Positions 12,501-22,300 of a stretch of 64,000 nt of DNA are shown piece by piece. The notes below the pieces were generated by a model. It was not told the origin of the DNA. It did not search any database and saw nothing but the letters and a program-made list of their open reading frames with translations. Positions within the stretch are counted from its first letter, which is position 1. The number at the start of each line of letters is the position of its first letter. The DNA comes from Stegostoma tigrinum (Eukaryota). Location of the stretch: the NCBI RefSeq assembly GCF_030684315.1, contig NC_081381.1:28413114-28477113 (forward strand). The letters are read 5' to 3'. The position numbers were made by a program, and so were the translations under genes.

Positions 12501-15500
12501 ATCTGCTCCCAGGATGAGGCATTCCACTCCCGCACATCCCACATGTCCACATTCTTCATTGACCGTAACTATCCCCCGCAGTGGTCGAGAACGCCCTTGA
12601 CCGCGTCTCCCGCATTTCCCGCAACACATCCCTCACACCCCGCCCCCACCACAACCGCCCTAAGCGGATCCCCTTCGTTCTCTCATACCACCCCACCAAC
12701 CTCTGGATACAACGCATCATCCTCCGACACTTCTGCCATCTACAGTCCAACCCCACCACCCAAGACATTTTTCCATCCCCACCCTTGTCTGCCTTCCGGA
12801 GAGACCACTCACTCTGTGACTCCGTTGTCCGCTCCACGCTCCCCTCCAACCCCACCACACCCGACACCTTCCCCTGCAACCGCGGGAAGTGTTACACTTG
12901 CCCCCACACCTCCTCCCTCACCCCTATCCGGGCCTTAAGATGATTTTCCATATTAAGCAGATGTTCACCTGCACATCTGCCAATGTGGTACACTGTATCC
13001 ACTGTACACGGTGTGGCTTCCTCTACATTGGCAAAACCAAGCGGAGGCTTGGGGAACACTTTGCAGAACACCTACGCTCGGTTTGCAATAAACAACTGCA
13101 CCCTCCAGTCGCAAACCATTTTAACTCCCCCTCCCATTCCTCAGACGACATGTCCATCATGGGCCTCCTGCACTGCCACAATAATGCCACCCGAAGGTTG
13201 CAGGAACAGCAACTCATATTCCACTTAGCAACCCTGCAGCCCAATGGTATCAATGTGATCTCCCCTTCCCCCACTGCATCCCAAAACCAGCCCATCTCGT
13301 CCCCTCCCCCCACTGCATCCCAAAACCAGCCCAGCTTGTCCCCGCCTCCCTAACCTGTTCTTCCTCACCTATCCCCTCCTCCCACCTCAAGCCGCACCTC
13401 CATTTCCTACCTACTAACATCATCCCGCCTCCTTGACCTGTCCGTCCTCCCTGGACTGACCTATCCACTCCCTACCTCCCCACCTATACTCTCCTCTCCA
13501 CCTATCTTCTTTTCTCTCTCCATCTTCGGTCCGCCTCCCCCCCTCTCCCTATTTATTCCAGAACCCTCTCCCCATCCCCCTCTCTGATGAAGGGTCTAGG
13601 CCCGAAACGTCAGCTTTTGTGCTCCTGAGATGCTGCTTGGCCTGCTGTGTTCATCCGGCTTCACACTTTGTTATCAGCACATTATGACGTGAATGGCTGT
13701 AAATTGGGAGAAGGGAGTGTGCAGTGGGACTTGGATGTCATTGTGCACCAGTCACTGATATTAAGCACGCAAGTGCAGCAGGCGGTCAAGAAGGCAAATA
13801 GTGTGTGCGCCTTCATTGCGAAAGGTTTTGAGTCCAGGAGCAGGGATGTGTTGCTGCCATTATACAGGGCCTTGGTGAGGCCATACATAGCATATTGTGT
13901 GCAGTTTTGGTCTCCTTTTCTGCAGAAGGATGCTCTTGCTCTCGCTCTCAAAAGGAGTGCAATGAAGGCTTACTAGGCTGATTCTGGGGATGATGAAACT
14001 CACATATGAGGAGAGATTGACTAGGTTAGAATTGTCTTTGCTGGAGTTCAGACAAATGAGGAGGGGATCTCAAAGACTTAGAAAATTCTAATAGGACTAG
14101 ATAGGATAGATGCAGGGAGCATGTTCCCAATGGTGAGTGTGTCCAAAAGCAGGGATCACAGTCTGAGAATCAAAATGGACCATTTAGGTCAGAGATGAGG
14201 AGACATTTATTTTCCCAAAAGAGTAGTGAACTTATGGAATTTATTAGCACAGAAATTTGTTGATGTCAAAACAGTAAATGTATTCAAGTGGTGGCTAGAT
14301 ATAGCACTTGGGGGTGAATGATCGATTATGAGGAAGAAAGCAGGAATAGGCTATTGAGTTGGATAATCAACCATGATCATGAAGAATGGTGGAGCAGGCT
14401 TGAAGGACCGAATACCCTCGTCTTGTTTCTATGTTTCTTCCATGTCTACAACTTCCACCCACACCTTCCAAACACTGTCTAAATAACTAGTGTTGTGAAA
14501 CATTCTCTTTCACTACCACCGCCACATACTGTCAATCATCCAATTACCGAAGCAGGACTCAGTTTTCCATAAATTGATTAGATTCGATTCCTAGATTAGA
14601 TTCCCTACAGTGTGGAAACAGGCCCTTCGGCCCAACAAGTCCACACCGCCCCTTGAAGCATCCCACCCAGATCCATCCCCCTACAACCTACACAACCCTG
14701 AACACTATGGGCAATTTAGCATGGCCAATCCACCTAACCTGCACATCTTTGGACTGTGGGAGGAAACCGGAGCACCCGGAGGAAACCCACACAGACACGG
14801 GGAGAATGTGCAAACTCCACACAGGCAGTCGCCCGAGACTGGAATTGAACCCGGGTCCCTGGTGCTGTGAGGCTGCAGTGCTTACCACTGAGCCACCGTG
14901 CCACCCTATCTGCATTTCATTGTTCAATACAAACTCCAGACAGCACTGCCCCTTCCTAACCAGCTCCCCTTAAATATTTGCTCCAATGACTATTAGCTGT
15001 TGTCTAACCTCTGGAACATATATCCTGGACAATAATTTACAATATGGTCACTTTCTGTCAATTACTGAATATTGTTCTTCTGAGGTTTGTGTTCTAGAAT
15101 CTTTGCTGCCCCTTCAAAGCCTTCCTTAAACTCCATCTCTTTGGCCAATTCTTTAGTCAACCTTTATATAATTTCCTTTGTCTCAATGGCAATTTACTTT
15201 CAATTAATCCTCAAGCAGGATGCAATACTTTTTCTACAACAAAAAAGGGCTAAGAAAAAAAATCAATGAGCGTTTGATATTACCACATATTTTCACCATG
15301 TGGACAGGAATACAAATCCAGTTAACAGATGCTTGTTAATTAATGCATCACTCACCAAGTTGTCAGGAGCCAGTGCACAACGATGATCATCTGTAGAAAC
15401 ACGAACCCAGGTCAATCCGAAAGAACAAACAAACACTACAATTCTATAGACAGACTGAACTAGAGTCTGTCGTTCTCCCACAACATCATTCCTAGAGAAT

Positions 15501-15874
15501 CACAGAACACCCGAGATTATAGCCTGAAACTGACTCAGAATTTCTGTCATTTGACAAAACCACTCCCTATAGCCCGTCGACTAGATATCAGTCTGCAGCT
15601 CACTAGTGAAGGGGGAAAGCAGGCAGTAGGAGCTAGGGGAAGGTAAGGCAAGGGAACAACGGGAGAGGGAGAAAAGGGGATGAAGGGACAAAAGTTATGC
15701 TCAGCTCCGCACAACACCAATAATTTAAACTTCGGGCTGTTCCTAAAGCCAGACTGTTTCTTTAAGATCCCGATCGATAACCCTGTTCTTAGCGGGCAGC
15801 CGGAGTTCGATTTCTTGACCCTCACATTTCCATTCCACAAACTTTACCTTCAGGCTAACCACCGGCAGTTCCAT
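352..15874 (-). CDS. AGTRAP: Type-1 angiotensin II receptor-associated protein (partial; coding exons 15848-15874, 15356-15390, 1894-2005, 352-568; final exon beyond left edge)
   Basis: Spliced translation MELPVVSLK|MIIVVHWLLTTW|GCLYPWLPQPYLWSNYAILAIGVWAIAQRDSVDAVVM|YLVGMLITILMDIIHIAISY...RFSVGMTILSLLLKPISCFFVYQMYKERGGDYNLNFG closely matches vertebrate AGTRAP. All junctions are GT-AG with consistent phase. Confidence 0.95.
1894..2005 (-). CDS. AGTRAP: AGTRAP coding exon 3
   Basis: gacag|GGGCTGT ... GTCATG|gtgagt; encodes the GVWAIAQRDS motif. Confidence 0.93.
2915..5931 (-). mobile_element. Decayed, internally deleted Ty3/Gypsy-like LTR retrotransposon in AGTRAP intron 2
   Basis: Two 231-bp direct repeats (2915-3145, 5701-5931) start TGTAG on the minus strand and each carries AATAAA. 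A polypurine tract AGAGGAGGAGGAA abuts the 3' LTR and a PBS-like GTGGCAATCAG follows the 5' LTR. Internal remnants of RT (GLPQVTICLDDV) and integrase C-terminus (YRTTP...SPAELLMGRRL). Confidence 0.85.
6001..6012. repeat. Poly-G tract (G12)
   Basis: Seen directly. Confidence 0.9.
9275..9396 (-). mobile_element. PLE terminal (pLTR) fragment with degenerate hammerhead
   Basis: Similar to the termini at 10714-10845 and 43591-43720; core decayed (CTGAAAA...GTAACGTC). Confidence 0.7.
10811..10843 (-). ncRNA. Minimal type-I hammerhead ribozyme motif (intact core)
   Basis: CUGAUGA-A-GGGUC-UA-GGCCC-GAAAC-GUC; sense to the AGTRAP pre-mRNA. Confidence 0.8.
12220..12413. mobile_element. ~195-bp palindromic mini-element made of two PLE termini, flanked by a ~17-bp TSD
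   Basis: Near-perfect ~80-bp inverted arms 12218-12379 centred ~12298. Flanks ACCGACTCCCACAGCTA (12203-12219) and ACCGAATCCCACAGCTA (12415-12431). Confidence 0.85.
13582..13613 (+). ncRNA. Minimal type-I hammerhead ribozyme motif (intact core)
   Basis: CTGATGA 13584-13590, stem II GGGTC/GGCCC, GAAAC, GTC 13609-13611. Confidence 0.8.
14575..14906 (-). mobile_element. Full-length tRNA-derived SINE (HE1-like)
   Basis: Head GGGTGGCACGGTGGCTCAGTGG (A box) and GGTTCAATTCC (B box), central GGATTGGCCATGCTAAATTGCCC, LINE-like tail ending in AATCT repeats. Confidence 0.88.
15356..15390 (-). CDS. AGTRAP: AGTRAP coding exon 2 (35 nt)
   Basis: ctacag|ATGATCATCGTTGTGCACTGGCTCCTGACAACTTG|gtgagt; encodes HWLLTTW. 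Confidence 0.93.
15848..15874 (-). CDS. AGTRAP: AGTRAP coding exon 1 (MELPVVSLK)
   Basis: ATG at 15874, donor AAG|gtaaag. Confidence 0.92.
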
Positions 15875-15912
15875 CGCTGAAACTTCATGAAGTAACAAAC
15901 TTCGAGGCGACC

Positions 15913-15935
15913 CATGTGACCCTGCATCATGTGAC
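15913..15935 (-). promoter_or_regulatory. Tandem E-boxes (GTCACATG x2) in AGTRAP proximal promoter
   Basis: Plus-strand CATGTGAC at 15913-15920 and 15928-15935, 40-60 nt upstream of the ATG in a locally CpG-enriched stretch. Confidence 0.6.
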
Positions 15936-16703
15936 CCGGGCTGGATGAGGAAACCCTCAGGGTGCTGATGTTTGTTGGGTTCCTCCCGCCTCAAACCCCA
16001 CAATTGAAGAAGGTGGCAAAACCGATCAATGACACTGACTCATTGCTCTCTGAGAATCAGCTGCTTAACGTCATAAGAGAGTCTTAAAATTAATCGTGGA
16101 CATAGTTCACAGTCAGTGGGCCTCTGATGCGCTAACATTATATTTCTGCCGAGTCACTTGAATCGTCATTATCCCCAGAACGAAAAAAACCCGTTAATTT
16201 TACATTAGCTAAAATAACTTTAAATCGACATACATCGATGCTGCCAAATGAAACTTTTGTTTCAGAATTGGTTATTTAGGGTATGGGAGCGTTGTTGACA
16301 GGGGAGGCTTTTGAACAAAATGAATATGTTAACGCTGACAGGAGTGCGGGAGTTGTGACATTTCGCATTTTGCTGTGGTTTCTGGCACTTGTCCACACGG
16401 AGTTGGTCTCTATCGGGTGTCGGACCTGCTGCAGCAGATCACACCCCCAGACCAACGACCAACACTGTGGACATTCATTAAAATCGTAATAATCAAATAT
16501 TTATGGTGGGCTTGCACATCCCTCAAATGCCAAACTAATACACCACTGCCACTTGCTTACGTCAAATCAGTTAGGGATAGATTTTCTAATACACTGTACC
16601 TTTTAAAATATGTAAAGTATCAGGTGCGAGACAAAAAATACTGACAGTAAAAAACAAAGCCAAAACTATCTTGACTTTGGTGCATCAGCTGTGTCTCAGT
16701 GGT

Positions 16704-16980
16704 AGAGATAATGGGAACTGCAGGTGCTGGAGAATCCGAGATAACAAGGTGTAGAGCTGGATGAAGGCCAAAGAGCATGAGAGGAGCAGAAAAGTTGACG
16801 TTTCGGACCGAGACGTTTCTTCAGAAGGCGGGGGGTTCTGAAATAAATAGGGAGAGAGAGGAGGCGGATCGAAGATGGATAGAGAAGATCGGTGGAAAAG
16901 ACACACAAGTCAAAGAGGCGGGGATGGAGCCAGTAAGAGAGAATGCAGGAGGTAGGGAGGAGATAGGTAAAGGGGGCGGG
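16704..16980 (-). mobile_element. PLE 3' terminal fragment with partly decayed hammerhead
   Basis: Family A-like tail; CTGAAGA...CGAAACGTC at ~16797-16824 with a disrupted stem II. Confidence 0.8.
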
Positions 16981-19241
16981 GTAACTCTCAAGACCAGCTT
17001 GTACTACCTATTTCCCTTGGTGTGATGGCACTAGACCTTATTCTTAAACCATTACAATTCATGTTGTGAAGGTTCTCCCAACGTGCTGGGAGTTCTACAT
17101 TTTGATCCAATAATAAAGAACACATCTCAATCTAACTGTTGGATACAAACAAATGAACATTTGACAGAAGCGATTCTGAAGTTCATTTTCTCTACAATTA
17201 AAATTACAATGAGACTGAAATAATCAGGTGTGCACCAAGATGTGAGATGAACTTAGTCAGTATGTTCCATTTCAAAGTTTTTAATTGGTTGTCAGATTTT
17301 GTTTGTTTCATGTAGGCTAATATTAAAATTAAATAGAAAACAAAAGTGCAAAATCTGATACATAATCATTCTTTCGTCATGCATTCCATTGCTATAAATT
17401 CACATGCAGGACAACACGAAGTGTAACTATAACAGACAATGCAACTATAACAATATGACATACAGTCTGCAAAGACTTTACATTTCTTTTTGAGATACAG
17501 CATTGCTGGCAAGATCTGCATTTATAGCCCATCACTAAATGCCCTTTCGATGGTGATGGTAATTTGCCTTCCTGAATCATTACTATCTGTGTATGAAAAT
17601 ATTTACACAATGTTGTTAGGTACAGACTTCCAAGATTTTGACCCAACAATGATGAAAAACAGCAATATGTGTTCAAGCCAGATGGTTGTCACAGTGACTA
17701 ACTATAATAATGTGACAATATATCTATAAAAAAAGTTAAATATTCTCTCAGTTTTACAGTTATTCAAAGTAGAGATTCTCACATCACAACCCTGACCCTT
17801 ACTGCAATATCTAAATTGGACTGTCCTAATACAAAAACACAAGAACTGCACCTATGCCCATCTATACCTGAGTCATAGAAAGGCTGTGTTTTAACATTGT
17901 ACAAGAAGTAAAATATTACAGACACTGTTGTGCATCTGAAATACCTTTACTCAAAACAACGAATCTCTGTTCTTATCACAGATGAAGACGGACCAGCTCA
18001 GTGTTTTCAGTACTTTCTATTCCTTGTTCCATCTTCACCTCTTACAACACAAGTTATAACAAGGGTTGAAAACTACTTGGAGAACATTGTTGGAAAAGGT
18101 AATTAATTATAAGTTATATTAAGTTGAAATGACAGTAGTCCTTTGAAAACAAGGGTCATCTATTCGGTGGATGTTATGATAAAGCTTCGACATATCTGTA
18201 TAACATCAACCAGCTTTTCTGATTCTTATTATTATCTGGGACACTCCTGGATATATGCCCAGTTATCAGGTGAGAAAAGTACAGAGTCTTTGTTGCCCTT
18301 CACATTCAAACAGTCCACAAATAATTTACGAATATTCAATGTTTAGACTCATACTTGGTAACAGTCACTTGGGCAAGGTACAGGCTGGTACCAGCACCTA
18401 GAGATGTAGCTCAGTAAACATCAAATGAAAAATTTCAGATTGATTAACTATAAACAATTCAATTATTATACAGTAATTGATCACGGCTTTAGGCTGTGCA
18501 GGAGCCTAAATTGTGTTTTAAAGAGTCTGGTTTTATTGTGAGTTTAAATTATATTTATTTTTAAAAGTTGGTGAAATATTGCAGGTTTGTAGTAATATCA
18601 ATAAGTTTAAAGCTGAAAACATGTTGGGACATCTGATTTCAAGAGAATGATCATTCATGAATGATCAATGGTGACAACGTTTTAACAGAAGGGTGATACC
18701 TGATGGGAGGTTGTCTCAAGTAAAGCTGTTGGGAGAGAACTGTAGGGAGATTCCTAGAAAATAAAAAGATATAAGGAGGAATTCAAAGATAACAAGAAAC
18801 TCTTGTATACAAGGTATTATTGCTAAATATTGTGTTAGTTACCATTTTGCTAAATAACATTCAAAACTGTTTATGAAAGTACGGTATTACAAATACAATT
18901 TTCGTGTGGGTACGAGCAGCAGGATCATTTCAAATAAGAAATGAGTTGAATGGGACAATATAAACCATTGGGGATTCCATTATCATAGTTGAGTAGTGGA
19001 TTCTGGGTATTGTTGGGATTTGTTGGATTATAGTTTTGGAATGTAGGGCGTAAATAGGGATATTTTCAACAGACATGACTGGGTGATTGCAAGAATCTTA
19101 TTCCAGACTGCCCCAGATGTGGCATCGCCTATCAGGGCAGTCACAGGCATTCTTGGAGCCATCAAGATTTTCACTGTTGTTATTGGATGAGGATTGACTC
19201 GTTGTGTGGGTCAAAACAGCTGGATTCCTTATGATGTCTGC

Positions 19242-19354
19242 TCAGACCGTAATAAATGATCCATGATTGATGTCAACAGATTCTGGTTCCACACATCGTC
19301 CTCGCCTGCGGGTCACTCTCCGATTCCGATGGAACTTGGCATAACAGCGAAGAC
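19242..19354 (-). CDS. DRAXIN: DRAXIN last coding exon
   Basis: ttatcag|GTCTTCGC ... ACGGTCTGA; [20 protein letters not shown]. Confidence 0.95.
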
Positions 19355-22300
19355 CTGATAAAGACAGAAGAGTGGGTTCAGTCTTGAGCACTCATCTGAC
19401 AGGGCCTGGCTCAATTGCCAACTTCACTTCTAACACGGTCAGGAATCAGATGATACCAGGTTATAGTCCAATAGGTTTACTTGAAATCATAAGCTTTCAG
19501 AGTATAGCCCCTTCATCAGCGAAATAAGAAAGAAGTACACAGTCACAGAATTTATAGGCAGTGAGATGTAAAGATCATACAACTGGTGTGAAGTGGAGTG
19601 TTGAATAATAAGTCTCCATGGGTGATCCGAAGTGTCAGATCGTATAAGTAAAGTGTTGGCAGCTGAATAACAAGTGAAGGGATGGTTTATAATCTGATTA
19701 AATGAGGCAGAGGGATAATTACAAAAAATTAAAAATAAGATGATGTCATGTTATTCCAGTCATTTGGTTTGTCTCCAGCACCACCTTACTTTTAATGTTT
19801 TTGTAATTATTTCTGAGCCTCATTTAATCAGATTATAGGTAATCCCTTGGTTTGTTATTCAGTTGTTGATGCTGTACTCACATCTGATACTTTTGCTCAC
19901 CTGCAGAGACTTATTATTTGACACTCCACTCTCACCATTTGTATGATCTTTTGATTTCTCTGCCCTTGATCTCTCTGCCTACAAATTCTGTCTCTGTGTG
20001 CTTCCCTCTCACTTCACCTGACAAAAAAGGTTATACTCTGAAAGCTTGTGATTTCAAATAAACCTGCTAGACTAAAACTTCATATTGTCTGATTTCTGAC
20101 CTTGTCCACCCCAGTGCAACACCAGCACCTGCACATTATCACTTCTAACAAGACTGAGCTTCTTTTTCCATCTACCATTCTGATATTAATAATTCACACT
20201 TTCAGTGTGTAATGCAGAGTCAAAACACAACCTAACAGTGGACGTAGCTTTAATGTTTACTTCAATGAAACGTTAACTCTGCTTTGTCTCCACAGTTGCT
20301 GCCAGATCTGCTGAGCTTTTCTAGTAATTAGTGTTTTTTTTTGTTTTTGATTTCCAGCACCCGCAATTCTTCATTTTTGTTTTGTTAAGAGTAGCTTGTT
20401 CGAGGACCAACACATGCCTCCAACAATCCTGACAGCACCCCAAGATTTGAGCGAGGGTACCTTTGAAGTGGCGAACCCTCAATTTCAGGACCAAATCTGA
20501 CTTTGATGCACATCATTGGTAACCCGGTAGGGAGTGAGAGGGAAGATTAAACTTTTTATGTTGATAGCTAGCGCTCAAACCTCAGAGACTTTGGCTAATC
20601 TTGAGCCAAAGCTTGCACCCACCTTCTGCACACATACAATCATCATAGCACTTGTTATTGAGGCCGCGGTTGTGGGCTTTGCAGATGTGCTGCCGGAGGT
20701 CACAACACCAACCTGTGGAAAACAAACACGGATATCACAGTAAGTTCAGGTGTCATTTAATTTTGACACAAATTATTGCAACTGGTATACATGATGTGGA
20801 CCAGACACTGCTCAGAGTAGACATGACAAAGAGAAATGCAGAGCCAATTATCATGTGGACAGTCACTGCAAAGACAACGCACATACATCTAGTTCTGGGT
20901 GGGCTGACATTTCCTATACCTAAATATCTATAAAATGGATTTGTATTTGGCCTCTGCCAAAAGCAACACTGCATTACCAAGAACTCCACCCAGCTGGTCA
21001 TTATCTGTGGTTGAACCAGACTGTTAGCAACCTTACGGCATCCTCTCTATTTCAAAAATCAACCTACTTTATCTTCTTTAACAACACTCAAACTGCATCC
21101 CTGCCTTAGGCTATTAACTATTGAAAACATCACCATTGTGTTTATGATATCTAAACTTGGCTATTCTAGCATCCTCATACCATTCTTCCAACTTCCACTT
21201 TCCATATTCTTCAACTCACTCAAAACTTTTTATTCACTTGCTAACTCACAAGTATGGTTTGTCCATCACCCCGTGCTTACTGTTATATGTAAATTCAAGA
21301 ACAAGTATTGTTTTGGCATTAAAATCTTTTGCCTTCTACTTCCTTCATGATATTTTCCTATTTTTGTAACCTATTGTAGCTGTAGAAGATCCCTTGGATC
21401 ATAGTGTTCCTCCATCTCTGATCTCTTGCACACTCCCTGCTCCCTTTGCCCTTTTATTGGCAGCTCTGCCTTCAGCTCTCCAACTGAGCTCTGAATATTC
21501 CTCTGAAAAGCCCTTTGCCTCACTAAGTTACATTGAGGTGCACCTTAAAACCTATCACTTTAAATTTTTTTTGTCATCTAATCTGATATGTCCTGTAGCT
21601 AGGTGTCAATTTTTGCCACATTACACATGCATGGAATACCTGGGATTGCAATTAGTGTTCAAAATGCTCCATAAGTGCAAATAGTTGTGCACAACTTGTT
21701 CTGCTTCCAAGCCTGAAGGGAGGAAGAGTCAGGGCATCTGCTCTTCCCCTGCACTGTATTATATATTCTGAAATATACTGAATTGGCAACGTTGGTCCTG
21801 ATTTTATGCCTGTATATTCAGTATGGTCAGGGAGTTGAATTCCTAGACGTAAAATGCATTAGTGAAAATCTGCAGTATCAGATTCAATGATTCTTTTTCT
21901 GAATTCATTTTTTATTTCAATGCAGGTTTCAATTTTCCTTCGGTATGAGCAATGCCATATGTTCAATTACCATAGTTCTTTGCTTCCCTGATGAGATGTA
22001 TTGAACTGGGTGAATTCTGCTGTTATAATTTCTTCTCTTGGCTACCCTTTGATTTATAAACTACAAAACAAGGAAAGGCTATTAAGCTTTTCCAGTCTCT
22101 GCTTCCCAACAAACCGTCTCTAAGTCACTTGACATCAGGGATCGTATAGATAATCACAAGATAGGCATGTGGTATATGTTTTATAATTGTTTCAGTCACT
22201 GCCTCCAGTGATTATGCAGCAGCTGTGGAGAGATGGCAGCAGGACAGAGAACGTGTATCAGACACACAGCGTGACAGGACACCATCCAGTGTTCTTTTGT

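Larger units (their letters stand above)
10714..13674. mobile_element. Inverted pair of 5'-truncated Penelope-like element copies (family A): minus arm ~10714-11961, plus arm ~11962-13674
   Basis: Both arms encode the RT C-terminus, Cys linker and GIY-YIG (CGFLYIGKTKRRLGEHFAEH) and end in the same pLTR as the 43.6-46.6 kb element. Confidence 0.9.
9400..14438 (+). mobile_element. CR1-clade LINE (5'-truncated), interrupted at ~10713/13675 by an inverted PLE insertion
   Basis: ORF 9948-10754 has RT motifs NYRPVSLTS, LDFQKAFD, SGVPQGSVLG and KFAEDTKLG. The reading resumes at ~13680 (NGCKLGEGSVQWDLDV...LYRALVRP..YCVQFWSP). 3' end has a CTATGTTTCT-type tail. Confidence 0.9.

Noticed and set aside
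11002-13468. Ser/Thr/Pro-rich and Gly-rich ORFs resembling mucin or collagen
   Set aside because: Alternative frames of the inverted PLE fragments
10700-13690. Possible TSD around the 3-kb inverted PLE (GATTACTAC versus CATTATGAC)
   Set aside because: Too degenerate to call
14830-14906. tRNA-like sequence with A and B boxes
   Set aside because: Head of a tRNA-derived SINE continuing into SINE body and tail; not a tRNA gene
14610-14973. ORFs resembling 'uncharacterized' fish proteins (CGRKPEHPEETH)
   Set aside because: Translations of the SINE
21000-21680. Faint L2-like or ancient SINE remnants (also ~8950-9230, 27200-27430, 35140-35365, 55540-55930, 56870-57400)
   Set aside because: Probably old repeats, but boundaries and family cannot be supported by eye
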